In this document: piece after piece, positions 1-8,719 of the stretch
Position numbering within the stretch: the first letter of the stretch is position 1
Layout of the letters: the number at the start of each line of letters is the position of its first letter
The notes under the pieces: generated by a model
What the model saw: the letters and a program-made list of their open reading frames with translations, nothing else
Told to the model about the DNA's origin: nothing
Databases searched by the model: none
Position numbers and translations under genes: made by a program
Origin: Pseudomonadales bacterium
GTDB taxonomy: Bacteria; Pseudomonadota; Gammaproteobacteria; Pseudomonadales; Halieaceae
Length of the DNA: 64,000 nucleotides
NCBI GenBank assembly: GCA_024234855.1
Contig: JACKNN010000006.1
Location: 54,708 to 118,707, forward strand
Direction of reading: 5' to 3'

Positions 1-15
1 ACACCTCGCCGCAGT

Positions 16-53
16 AAAAAAGGGGCGCACCGCGAGGTGCGCCCCCTTCTTTT
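16..53 (-). terminator. Rho-independent terminator downstream of acs
   Basis: Perfect 10-bp stem GGGGCGCACC (22-31) / GGTGCGCCCC (36-45) with a 4-nt loop. The A-run at 16-21 on the + strand gives a U-tract after the stem on the minus strand. It lies about 40 nt 3' of the acs stop. Confidence 0.75.
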
Positions 54-86
54 ATGTGCGGGCTAACATAGGGGTCGAGAAAGGGG

Positions 87-2018
87 CTATTTCGGGCGAT
101 TCGCCACCAGGCTGTCAACCACGGAGGGGTCGGCCAGGGTGCTGGTGTCTCCCAGGCTGCCCAACTCGTTCTCGGCGATCTTGCGCAGGATACGGCGCAT
201 GATTTTGCCGGAGCGGGTTTTGGGCAGGCCCGGCGCCCACTGGATGATGTCCGGCTTGGCTATGGCCCCGATCTCGCGTACGCACAGGGCGATGAGTTCG
301 GCCCGCAGTTCCTCGGTGGGCTCGACGCCCTGCATCGGGGTCACATAAGCATAGATGCCCTGGCCCTTGATGTCGTGGGGGAAGCCCACCACCGCCGCCT
401 CGGCGATTTTCTCATGCAGCACCAGCGCACTCTCGACCTCGGCGGTGCCCATGCGGTGGCCCGAGACGTTGAGCACGTCGTCCACCCGCCCGGTGATCCA
501 GTAGTAGCCGTCCTTATCGCGGGTGGCGCCGTCCCCGGTGAAATAGTAGCCGGGATAATGGCTGAAATAAGTATCTATCATGCGCTGGTGGTCGCCGTAG
601 ACGCTGCGAATCTGGCCAGGCCAGGACGCCTTTACCACCAGGTAGCCGGCACCTGCCCCCTCAAGTTCGGAGCCGTCTTCATTGAGCAGTGCCAGTTCCA
701 CGCCGAAGAAAGGCACCGTGGCCGAGCCGGGCTTGAGCGCCGTCGCACCCGGCAGAGGGGTGATCATGTGGCCGCCGGTTTCGGTCTGCCACCAGGTATC
801 CACGATGGGGCAGCGGGAGTCGCCCACTACCTCGTAGTACCAGTTCCAGGCCTCCGGGTTGATCGGCTCCCCCACGGTACCCAGCAGGCGCAGGCTGGTG
901 CGGGCACTGCGCTTGACCGGTTCATCGCCCATTGCGTGCAGGGCGCGGATGGCCGTTGGCGCGGTATAGAAAGTATTGACCTGGTGCTTGTCCACGACCT
1001 CCCAGAAGCGCCCGGCGTCGGGGTACGTGGGCACGCCCTCGAACATCAGTGAGATAGCCCCATTGGCCAGGGGGCCGTAGACGATGTACGTGTGCCCCGT
1101 CACCCAGCCGACATCGGCGGTGCACCAGTAGACCTCGCCCTCGCGATAGTCGAATACGTACTTGAAGGTCATGGCCGCCTGCAGCAGGTAGCCCCCCGTG
1201 GTGTGGAGCACGCCCTTGGGCTTGCCGGTGGAGCCGGACGTGTAGAGAATGAACAGGGGGTCTTCCGCGTCCATGGCTTCCGGCGGGCATTCGCCGGCGG
1301 CGGCGCCCGTCGCCTCGTGATACCAGACATCCCGGTCGGGCTGCCAGGCCACGTCGGCGCCCGTGCGGCGCACCACCAGGCAGGTGTGGACATTGGGGCA
1401 GGCCTCGAGTGCCTTGTCGGCGTTCACTTTCAGGGGAATTGCCCGGCCGCCACGCACGCCTTCGTCCGCGGTGATCAAAGTCTGGCAATCGGAATCCAGT
1501 ATGCGGTCTTTGAGCGCCTCCGGCGAAAAGCCGCCAAACACCACCGAATGGACGGCGCCAATGCGGGTGCAGGCCAGCATGGCATATGCCGCTTCGGGAA
1601 TCATAGGCATATAGATGCAAACGCGGTCGCCCCGGCGTACCCCGCGCGCCTTGAGTGCGTTGGCGAGCCTGCAGACCTCATCCTTGAGCTCGGCGTAGGT
1701 GATGTGCCGGCTATCCGCGGGGTTATCACCCTCCCAGATGAAGGCGGTCTGGCTGGCCCGTTGCGGCAGGTGCCGGTCTATGCAGTTGTAGCTGACATTG
1801 AGCTTGCCGCCGGCGAACCATTCGGCCTCGCCCTTGACGAAGTCGTAGCTGACCACCTTGTCCCAGGGTTTGTCCCAGGACAGGAACTCGCGCGCCATGT
1901 CGTCCCAGAAGCCTTCGCGGTCGTGGATTGAGCGTTGGTACATCTCCTGGTATCGCCCGGCGTTAATATGGGCGTCCTGGAAGTTGGCTGGAACCGGGTG
2001 GATAGGAAATTCAGACAT
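87..2018 (-). CDS. acs: Acetyl-CoA synthetase (AMP-forming)
   Basis: 643-aa ORF with the AMP-binding signature [33 protein letters not shown] and the C-terminal [11 protein letters not shown]. The length is typical of Acs. Confidence 0.95.
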   Translation of the reverse strand: MSEFPIHPVPANFQDAHINAGRYQEMYQRSIHDREGFWDDMAREFLSWDKPWDKVVSYDFVKGEAEWFAGGKLNVSYNCIDRHLPQRASQTAFIWEGDNPADSRHITYAELKDEVCRLANALKARGVRRGDRVCIYMPMIPEAAYAMLACTRIGAVHSVVFGGFSPEALKDRILDSDCQTLITADEGVRGGRAIPLKVNADKALEACPNVHTCLVVRRTGADVAWQPDRDVWYHEATGAAAGECPPEAMDAEDPLFILYTSGSTGKPKGVLHTTGGYLLQAAMTFKYVFDYREGEVYWCTADVGWVTGHTYIVYGPLANGAISLMFEGVPTYPDAGRFWEVVDKHQVNTFYTAPTAIRALHAMGDEPVKRSARTSLRLLGTVGEPINPEAWNWYYEVVGDSRCPIVDTWWQTETGGHMITPLPGATALKPGSATVPFFGVELALLNEDGSELEGAGAGYLVVKASWPGQIRSVYGDHQRMIDTYFSHYPGYYFTGDGATRDKDGYYWITGRVDDVLNVSGHRMGTAEVESALVLHEKIAEAAVVGFPHDIKGQGIYAYVTPMQGVEPTEELRAELIALCVREIGAIAKPDIIQWAPGLPKTRSGKIMRRILRKIAENELGSLGDTSTLADPSVVDSLVANRPK

Positions 2019-2138
2019 GGCGACTATTCCCCTGAGCGTTTATGGGTGAGTCTGGGATAATACTGGGCTGACCGGTGTAAGCAAGCCGACCAAGGTCGAA
2101 AGCGGGTAAAGGCCGGCAGCGGGTGGCCTGCGCGGGGG

Positions 2139-3026
2139 CTAGTGCCCGTCTGCCAACATGCCCCAGTCGGAAACCGGGTTGAGGGCCAGGCGCACGTTGT
2201 CAATCAGGCGGGTGGAGCCCAGTCGCGCGGCTGCCAGGATGGCGATCTCCTCGGTATCGGCAGTGACCGGTCGCAGGGTGCTGGCATCGCGAATGGCGAA
2301 ATAATCGGGCTCCAGTCCCGCCTTCAGCAATTTCATGCGGGCGTGCGACTCCAGTTGCAGGAAGTTGTCAAAACCACAGGCAATAGCTTCGCGGCAGCTG
2401 TTCAGGGTCTGGTGAATCACCGGTGCGATATGGCGCTGTTCGGGAGACAGGTAGCCGTTGCGCGAGCTCTTGGCGAGGCCGTCTTCGTCCCGGGTGGTCG
2501 CGACGCCGACAATCTGCACCGGTATGCACAGGTCCCGGACCATTTTGCGGACGATGGACAGCTGCTGGAAATCCTTCTCGCCGAATACCGCGAAGTCCGG
2601 CTGCACGATGTTGAACAGTTTCGCCACCACGGTGGTCACACCGTCGAAGTGGCCGGGTCGACTGCTGCCGCAGAGGGTGTCAGACAGGTCGGGCACCCGC
2701 ACCTGGGTCTGGGTGGACATGCCCTCGGGGTAAATTTCCGTGACTTCGGGTGCGTACAGCACCTGCACGCCCTCGCTGAAAAGCTTTTCCTTGTCCGCCG
2801 CCATGGTGCGGGGATAGGCATCGAGGTCTTCGTTGGGGCCGAATTGCAGGGGATTCACGAAAATACTGACCACCACCACGTCGCACAGCGCTCGCGCCTT
2901 GCGCACGAGATTGAGGTGGCCCTCATGAAGGTTGCCCATCGTCGGAACGAAGGCAATGCTCTGGCCGCGTTGGCGAAAGCGCTGAAGGGCGGATTGTAAC
3001 TGCGCGTTGCTGCTGTAAGTTCGCAT
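2139..3026 (-). CDS. panC: Pantoate--beta-alanine ligase
   Basis: Motif PTMGNLHEGH near the N-terminus. The start was moved to the internal ATG at 3026 (MRTYSS...) because the 44-codon upstream extension has no PanC-like sequence. This gives 295 aa. Confidence 0.9.
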   Translation of the reverse strand: MRTYSSNAQLQSALQRFRQRGQSIAFVPTMGNLHEGHLNLVRKARALCDVVVVSIFVNPLQFGPNEDLDAYPRTMAADKEKLFSEGVQVLYAPEVTEIYPEGMSTQTQVRVPDLSDTLCGSSRPGHFDGVTTVVAKLFNIVQPDFAVFGEKDFQQLSIVRKMVRDLCIPVQIVGVATTRDEDGLAKSSRNGYLSPEQRHIAPVIHQTLNSCREAIACGFDNFLQLESHARMKLLKAGLEPDYFAIRDASTLRPVTADTEEIAILAAARLGSTRLIDNVRLALNPVSDWGMLADGH

Positions 3027-3326
3027 ATCGACCTCATCCCTCAAGTGCGGAACGGTGATGCTAAACAAATAGAATTCACGGGCTTGCCAACCTCCGGGGT
3101 CACCAAACCGCCGGGGGATCGGAAGTATGAACCAAGGTCCGGTACCCGGCAACGACATTTTAGGAAAAATTCACACGGTTTGTTACCAAAAGAAGCAGTT
3201 ATTGTGCGGGTGACATAACCAAAAATTATATGTAAGTGCACACTTAAGCTTGTTGGCCATCGTTGCCGCTGCGATTGGAGGGCCGACAGCGCCCCGGATC
3301 AGCATGGAAGCCCAGGCCGGCCCGCC

Positions 3327-4118
3327 TTACCGGTAGGAATGGTCTTCGGTGGGGTAGGTGCCGGCCTTGACGGCGTCGACGAACGCTTTCAGGGCGCCCT
3401 GGATCGTGCTCTGGCCCTCCATGAAATTCTGGACAAAGCGGGCGGTGTGGGCGGTGAGACCCAGCAGGTCGTGCATGACCAGGACCTGGGCGTCGGTGCC
3501 CGGGCCCGCCCCGATACCGATAACGGGAATGTCCAGCTTGCGGCTGATGTCGGCGGCGAGATTGGCCGGAACGCATTCCAGCACCAGCAGGCTGGCGCCC
3601 GCATCCTTGATCTCCACCGCATCGGCGAGGATGGACTTGGCCTCCTTGGGTGTGCGGCCCTGGACCTTGAAGCCGCCAAAGGTATTCACTGACTGGGGGG
3701 TAAGGCCCAGGTGAGCGCAGACCGGGATACCGCGTTCCACCAGTTTGCTGATGGTCCCGCTCAGCCAGGTACCGCCCTCCATTTTCACCATCTGCGCCCC
3801 GGCCTGCATCAACCGGGTGGCGTTCGTCATGGCCTGGTCGGGGGTGGTGTAGGTCATGAACGGCATGTCGGCGATGACCAGTGCCCCGTTCGCCGCCCGG
3901 CACACGCATTCGGTGTGGTAGCTCATGTGGTCCATGGTGACAGGGATGGTGCTGTCGTGGCCCTGCAGCACCATGCCCAGGGAGTCACCTACCAGCATGG
4001 TCTCCGCGCCGGCCTCACTGATGATCCGGGCAAAGGTGGCGTCATAGGCCGTGATGCAGACGAACTTTTCCCCCGCGGCTTTCATTTTGCCCAGGGTGCT
4101 TATGGTTACCTTGGCCAT
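3327..4118 (-). CDS. panB: 3-methyl-2-oxobutanoate hydroxymethyltransferase
   Basis: MAKVTISTLGKMK...ITAYDA...LVGDSLGMV is classic PanB. The start was set at ATG 4118, giving 264 aa. The upstream ORF extension overlaps the preceding gene. Confidence 0.9.
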   Translation of the reverse strand: MAKVTISTLGKMKAAGEKFVCITAYDATFARIISEAGAETMLVGDSLGMVLQGHDSTIPVTMDHMSYHTECVCRAANGALVIADMPFMTYTTPDQAMTNATRLMQAGAQMVKMEGGTWLSGTISKLVERGIPVCAHLGLTPQSVNTFGGFKVQGRTPKEAKSILADAVEIKDAGASLLVLECVPANLAADISRKLDIPVIGIGAGPGTDAQVLVMHDLLGLTAHTARFVQNFMEGQSTIQGALKAFVDAVKAGTYPTEDHSYR

Positions 4119-4122
4119 TGGG

Positions 4123-4803
4123 TTATCCGAAAAAAGTGGGGTTGAAGTAGTGGCGACCGCTGCGAATCTCGAGCAGGTAGTCCACCAGCTGGATATAGTC
4201 GGCTTCGCTGTTCGCCAAATCAAGCTCGCTGGCATTGACGATGAGCAGAGGCGCGTCATCGTAATATAGAAAGAACTCACTGTACACTTCGTTCAGGCGC
4301 TCGAGATAGTCCCGTTCTATGCCCCTCTCGGCGGCAATTCCCCTATTTTCGATTCGCCCCAGCAGCACATCGGGGGCGGCCTGCAGGTAGATCACCAGAT
4401 CGGGCCTGGGTGCATCGATGGTGAGTTGCTGATACACCTTCTGGTAAAGCTGGAACTCATCCCTGTCCAGGTTGACCCGGGCGAACAAGGGGTCTTTTTC
4501 TATCAGGAAATCGGCCACCCGCACGGGCTCGAAGATATCCGCCTGGCGCAGGTCGTGAATTTTCTGGGAGCGTTGGAACAGGAAAAATAACTGGGTGGCC
4601 AGGGCCGCCTGCTTGCGGTTGCGATAAAAGCGCTCCAGGAACGGATTCTCCTCGGCGTTCTCGAGCACAACCTGGTAGTTGAAGCTCGCCGCGAGGCGCT
4701 TGGCCAGCGTGGTTTTGCCCACCCCGATGGGGCCTTCCACGGCGATATAGGCAGGGGGCTTGCGCCCCTTCAGCGCGATCTCGATAGCCGTGGTCTCGGG
4801 CAT
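4123..4803 (-). CDS. Deoxynucleoside kinase family protein
   Basis: P-loop GPIGVGKTTLAK, followed by ENPFLERFY and LFFLFQR motifs typical of dNK/dGK-type kinases. The start is taken at the second ATG (MPETTA), just downstream of the folK stop. Confidence 0.75.
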   Translation of the reverse strand: MPETTAIEIALKGRKPPAYIAVEGPIGVGKTTLAKRLAASFNYQVVLENAEENPFLERFYRNRKQAALATQLFFLFQRSQKIHDLRQADIFEPVRVADFLIEKDPLFARVNLDRDEFQLYQKVYQQLTIDAPRPDLVIYLQAAPDVLLGRIENRGIAAERGIERDYLERLNEVYSEFFLYYDDAPLLIVNASELDLANSEADYIQLVDYLLEIRSGRHYFNPTFFG

Positions 4804-4822
4804 CCGGCGTGTATCCCTCCGT

Positions 4823-5347
4823 TCATTCCACGTCCCCGGGGACGGTGTCATCCTGTATGAGCCTCTGCCCGGTTTTAACCAGGTCGCCGCGCGGGCATCG
4901 GGCGATCAATGTACCAAGATCTGTCCCGTCCGGCAGCACCCAATTTAGCCCGGCCACGTCCGCCAACGGGTATAGCACGAAATTCCGTTGCGCCAGCGCC
5001 GGGTGGGGGATGGTCAGCCGGGGGGTGGCGAGTTGGCGGTCACCGTAGAGCAGGATGTCCAGGTCCAGGCTGCGCGCGCCCCAGTGAACTGTGCGAACCC
5101 GCCCCTGGGCCAGTTCGATACCCTGCAGCGTCCCGAGCAGGTCCACAGGCTCTAGCGAGGTTTCCAGCCTGAGGACGGCATTGAGGTAGTCCGGTTGCAC
5201 ACCGGGACCGACGGCGGCGCTGCGGTAGGCGCTGGAGACCGCTGTTATCGCTGTGCCTGGCAGTTGCGCTATGGCGAGCAGCGCCTTGCGCAGCTGTCGC
5301 AGCGGGTCTTGCAGGTTGCTGCCCAGGCCAATAAAGGCCGTGGTCAT
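4823..5347 (-). CDS. folK: 2-amino-4-hydroxy-6-hydroxymethyldihydropteridine diphosphokinase
   Basis: 174 aa. AFIGLGSNL, WGARSLDLDILLYG and LTIPHP are HPPK signatures. The ATGA overlap with the pcnB stop reproduces the conserved pcnB-folK pair. Confidence 0.9.
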   Translation of the reverse strand: MTTAFIGLGSNLQDPLRQLRKALLAIAQLPGTAITAVSSAYRSAAVGPGVQPDYLNAVLRLETSLEPVDLLGTLQGIELAQGRVRTVHWGARSLDLDILLYGDRQLATPRLTIPHPALAQRNFVLYPLADVAGLNWVLPDGTDLGTLIARCPRGDLVKTGQRLIQDDTVPGDVE

Positions 5348-6639
5348 GCCCTGTTGCTGGAGCGCCGGCGAGATCGGCGCCCGCCACCCCCCGGGCCTTT
5401 TTCCTGCGCGGCCTGCGCCAACCGCTGTTCCATGGGGAGTTGCTGGAATTCAGTCCACCAGCTGCCCAGGTCCCCGGTGTCCTCCCCGGCCTGCTCCCGC
5501 AGCAGCAGGAAGTCATAGGCTGCGCGAAAGCGGCGGTGGTCAACCAGCTCGGCGGCCTTGCGGCCGCGGCGGTTTTCCAGTCGCAGCTGGAATTCCCAGA
5601 TTTCCCGCATGGGCTGGCTGAAGCGCTTGGGAATGGATATGTTGCGGGCCGCCTCTGAGATGGCTTCCTGGGCGGCGCTGTGCATGGCGGCCGGGGGCGG
5701 GTCGCCGCGCTCCTGCAATCGCAGTGCCTCGCGCTGCACCACCGGCCACAGCAGGGCGGCGAGGATGAAGGCCGGCGTGACCGGCTTGTCCTGTGCGATG
5801 CGCTGGTCGGTGCTCGCCATGGCGGCCCTTACCAGGGCATGCGCGACGGTGTGGCGGAGCATTTCCGCATAGCTGTCCGGAAACAGGTACAGCATCAGTT
5901 TGTGCCTGATCAGCATGTCAAACGTGGCGGCCGCATAACCGGACAGAAACAGCTTGAGGAATTCGTCGAACAGGCGGGCGGCGGGAATCTCCGCCAGCAG
6001 GTGTGCGCAGCCGGGAATGGCGCGAGCCGTGTGGGTGTCGATTTTGAATTCCAATTTGGCGGCAAAGCGCAGCACTCGCAGCATGCGCACCGGGTCCTCG
6101 GTGAATCGCACCGCCGGCTCGCCGATAATACAGATGCTGCGGCGTTCGAGGTCCTTGAGCCCGTGCACATGATCGAACACCTCGAAAGTGCCGGAATCGT
6201 AATACAGCGCATTGACCGTCAGGTCGCGCCGCACTGCATCCTCCTCCAGGGTGCCGTAAACATTGTCACGCAAGAGCAGGCCACTGGCTGACTGGCGGGA
6301 GTGGTTGCCACCCGATTCCGAACTGGGTTCAAGGTCGTTGTCGTGATGTCCGCGGAAGGTGGTGACCTCGATGATCTCCCGTCCGAAGCGCACGTGTACG
6401 ATACGAAAGCGCCGGCCGATGATGCGGGAGTTGCGGAACAATGCATGCACGGTTTCCGGTGTTGCATCGGTGGCGATATCAAAGTCTTTCGGGTGCCCGC
6501 CGAGCAGCAGGTCGCGAACGGCGCCGCCCACCAGGTAGGCCTGGTGGCCACTGCCGCGCAGGCGTGCCATGACCTTGAGCGCGCCGTCGCTGATGTTTTT
6601 GCGGGATATATTGTGTTGATCCCTGGGAATGATATTCAA
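5344..6639 (-). CDS. pcnB: Poly(A) polymerase I
   Basis: 431 aa. LVGGAVRDLLLG...KDFDIAT is the nucleotidyltransferase motif, followed by RFRIVHV and a basic Arg-rich C-terminus. It lies upstream of folK, as in E. coli and Pseudomonas. Confidence 0.92.
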   Translation of the reverse strand: MNIIPRDQHNISRKNISDGALKVMARLRGSGHQAYLVGGAVRDLLLGGHPKDFDIATDATPETVHALFRNSRIIGRRFRIVHVRFGREIIEVTTFRGHHDNDLEPSSESGGNHSRQSASGLLLRDNVYGTLEEDAVRRDLTVNALYYDSGTFEVFDHVHGLKDLERRSICIIGEPAVRFTEDPVRMLRVLRFAAKLEFKIDTHTARAIPGCAHLLAEIPAARLFDEFLKLFLSGYAAATFDMLIRHKLMLYLFPDSYAEMLRHTVAHALVRAAMASTDQRIAQDKPVTPAFILAALLWPVVQREALRLQERGDPPPAAMHSAAQEAISEAARNISIPKRFSQPMREIWEFQLRLENRRGRKAAELVDHRRFRAAYDFLLLREQAGEDTGDLGSWWTEFQQLPMEQRLAQAAQEKGPGGGGRRSRRRSSNRA

Positions 6640-6724
6640 ACGCTATTGAGCCCGTGTCTGTGAGGCGCGCAGTCTACCACAATTCGGATATTGGATTAGG
6701 GGAGGGGTATTGCGTTGGGGTGGG

Positions 6725-7015
6725 GTGAAAGAAGGGGAAAACAGTGTTTTCCCCATCCAGGTCTCACTTCGAGAATTATTGTTATTTCTTGAGTGCTGTT
6801 ATTTTTATGGGCCATATAAAAATACAGGTTAACAAAATGCCCAAGTCGTTATCGCTTCCTGTTACCTGTTCCGGGTAGTCCCGGTAGCCGGTAAGCGCCG
6901 GCTCAAACCTACCTGCTCACCACGAAATTGAGGGGAAGCTTGCTTCCCCATCCAGGTCCATAGCCGAGCGTGTTATTTTTATTACGGTATTTGTTATTTT
7001 TATTCTTATTACCCG
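6725..7015 (-). ncRNA. crcZ: CrcZ-like CbrB/sigma54-dependent A-rich (Hfq/Crc-sponge type) sRNA
   Basis: Non-coding gap between cbrB and pcnB, which is the crcZ position in Pseudomonas. Read on the minus strand it has four AAN/ARN-repeat clusters: AAUAAGAAUAAAAAUAACAAAUA and AAUAAAAAUAAC (6972-7011), AUAAAAAUAACA (about 6796-6808) and AAGAAAUAACAAUAAU (about 6772-6790). It has two GC hairpins. The distal one (6734-6754) is followed by UUCUUUC, giving an intrinsic terminator. A sigma54 promoter lies just upstream. The 5' end is inferred, not observed. Confidence 0.65.
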
Positions 7016-7025
7016 AGCTTAGTAA

Positions 7026-7041
7026 TGCACGCCACGTGCCA
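7026..7041 (-). promoter_or_regulatory. Sigma54 (-24/-12) promoter of the CrcZ-like sRNA
   Basis: The minus strand reads TGGCACGTGGCGTGCA, against the consensus TGGCACG-N4-TTGCW. GG and GC are at the canonical spacing. The orientation points toward the A-rich region. Confidence 0.7.
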
Positions 7042-7116
7042 GTAATTAAAATAACTATAATATTCATATGGTTATGGCTTTTAGACTCGTATCGCCCCCC
7101 GCCAGAATTCATGGCT

Positions 7117-7165
7117 TGTTACCTAACTACACCGCTTTGTGTAACGTGGACCGGTGCGGGTAACG
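7117..7165 (-). promoter_or_regulatory. Candidate enhancer (UAS) for CbrB: GTTAC/GTAAC half-sites
   Basis: The minus strand reads CGTTAC-N13-CGTTAC-N18-GTAACA, 75-125 bp upstream of the -24 element. An A/T-rich tract (7042-7080) lies between them and could be bent or IHF-bound. As far as I recall, Pseudomonas CbrB sites are TGTTAC...GTAACA palindromes. The spacing here differs, so this call is tentative. Confidence 0.4.
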
Positions 7166-7166
7166 T

Positions 7167-8603
7167 TCATTTTCCGCGTATGGCGGATTTCCTGGCCTGG
7201 CTGGCGACGCCGGGTCTGTTGCGTGGAATGCCCAATCGCTGGCGCCGCTCCCACAGGCATTTTCGACTGACGCCGAGTTTCTGCGCCAGTTCAGTCTCGC
7301 TCATGGAATCCTGGTGCTCCATGACGAAGCGCTGGAAGTAGTCTTCCAGGGACAGGTCTTCCAGCGGGTCGGAGTTGCCCGCGCTGGGCTTTCTCACGGT
7401 CGGGGCTATGCCCTGTTGGCCGCGTATACGGTTTATGTTGACCAGTTCCAGGTCGATGCCGAGCGCCTCGTTATCGATCTCATCGCTGTCAGACAGGATT
7501 ACCGCGCGCTCTATGGCGTGTTCCAACTCGCGCACATTGCCTGGCCACTGGTAGGTGGTGATGGCCTGGATGGCCCGCGGCGACAGGCGCATCGGCTTTT
7601 TGCCCAGGCGCTCGACCTGTCCCTGCAGCATATTTTCGGCCAGGTGAAGGATGTCCTTGCCACGCTCCCGCAGAGGGGGGAGCGAAAGTTGCAGCACGTT
7701 GATCCGGTAAAACAGGTCCTGGCGGAACTCGCCCTCCGCCGCCAGGCTCTGCAGGTTGCGGTGGGTGGCGCAGATCAGGCGCACGTTGACCTTGCGCGAG
7801 TGGACCGAACCGATTCGCCGGATTTCCCCCTCCTGGATGAAGCGCAGCAGGCGGGCCTGCGCCTCCATTGGCAACTCGCCGATTTCGTCCAGGAACAGGG
7901 TGCCACCATCGGCGGCTTCGATGAGGCCCATGCGGCTGGCGTTGGCGCCGGTGAAAGCCCCTTTTTCATAACCGAACAATTCCGACTCGATCAGGGTATC
8001 CGGAATGGCGGCACAGTTCACCGAGATCAGTATCTTGTCGCCCCGCGTGCTGTGGCGGTGGACGCTGCGCGCGACAATCTCCTTGCCGGTACCTGTCTCC
8101 CCCAGCACCAGCACGGTGGAATCAGTCGGCGACACTTTGCGGATATGCTCAAACAGGGTCAGCATGGCGGGGCAATTGCCGGTGATGCCATTGACTCCGC
8201 TTGGTTTGGGCTGACTGGTGGCGTCCGACTTGTCCTGGGCCCGGCGGGGCGCCGGGTGGTCCGCGATGATGCGCTGCACCGCCGCGATCATGTCGCCGTG
8301 ATCAAACGGCTTGGCGATATAATCCACAGCCCCCATGCGCATGGAGTCCACCGCCGAGCGCAGGCTGGCATAGCTGGTCATGATCAGTACCGGTACCTCC
8401 CCGGCCTTGCGGATCAGGTCCGTGCCGGGCGCACCGGGCAGGCGCAGGTCGCTTATGATCAGGTCGAATTCCTCGAGGTCATGGTTTGTTTCGGCTTCCT
8501 GCACGGAACCGGCCTCATTGACCTGGTAGCCATTGCGCTCCAGTAGCCGCCGGAGCGCTGTCCTGATCACCGTTTCGTCTTCAACCACCAGAATTTTGTG
8601 CAT
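7167..8603 (-). CDS. cbrB: NtrC-family sigma54-dependent response regulator CbrB
   Basis: 478 aa. Receiver domain (ILVVEDE...DLIISDLRLPG), AAA+ sigma54-activator motifs GETGTGKE and ESELFGYEKGAFTGA, and a C-terminal HTH. It lies downstream of cbrA and upstream of the sRNA and pcnB. Confidence 0.88.
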   Translation of the reverse strand: MHKILVVEDETVIRTALRRLLERNGYQVNEAGSVQEAETNHDLEEFDLIISDLRLPGAPGTDLIRKAGEVPVLIMTSYASLRSAVDSMRMGAVDYIAKPFDHGDMIAAVQRIIADHPAPRRAQDKSDATSQPKPSGVNGITGNCPAMLTLFEHIRKVSPTDSTVLVLGETGTGKEIVARSVHRHSTRGDKILISVNCAAIPDTLIESELFGYEKGAFTGANASRMGLIEAADGGTLFLDEIGELPMEAQARLLRFIQEGEIRRIGSVHSRKVNVRLICATHRNLQSLAAEGEFRQDLFYRINVLQLSLPPLRERGKDILHLAENMLQGQVERLGKKPMRLSPRAIQAITTYQWPGNVRELEHAIERAVILSDSDEIDNEALGIDLELVNINRIRGQQGIAPTVRKPSAGNSDPLEDLSLEDYFQRFVMEHQDSMSETELAQKLGVSRKCLWERRQRLGIPRNRPGVASQARKSAIRGK

Positions 8604-8719
8604 CGGGTGTTACCTCTTGTGTAGCAGATACCCAACATACTATTCCAGTCGGTCAGTTTCCAGTAAATGCCGCTGGTCGCGCCGCGTTTCGTCCGTTCGC
8701 TGTCCGGCGGTGTGCTGGC

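Noticed and set aside
2139-4851. Long N-terminal extensions of the panC, panB and dNK ORFs as given in the track
   Set aside because: The extensions overlap neighbouring genes or intergenic DNA and lack family similarity. Internal ATGs give proteins of canonical length. The same reasoning was applied to dksA, sfsA, ppa, pfk, pyrC, imuA, imuB and others.
6909-7341. 67-aa (minus) and 123-aa (plus) ORFs in the cbrB-pcnB gap
   Set aside because: The low-complexity translations (NKNKNNKYRNKNN / LFLLRYLLFLFLL) are a by-product of the A-rich sRNA repeats. The plus-strand ORF also runs antisense into cbrB.
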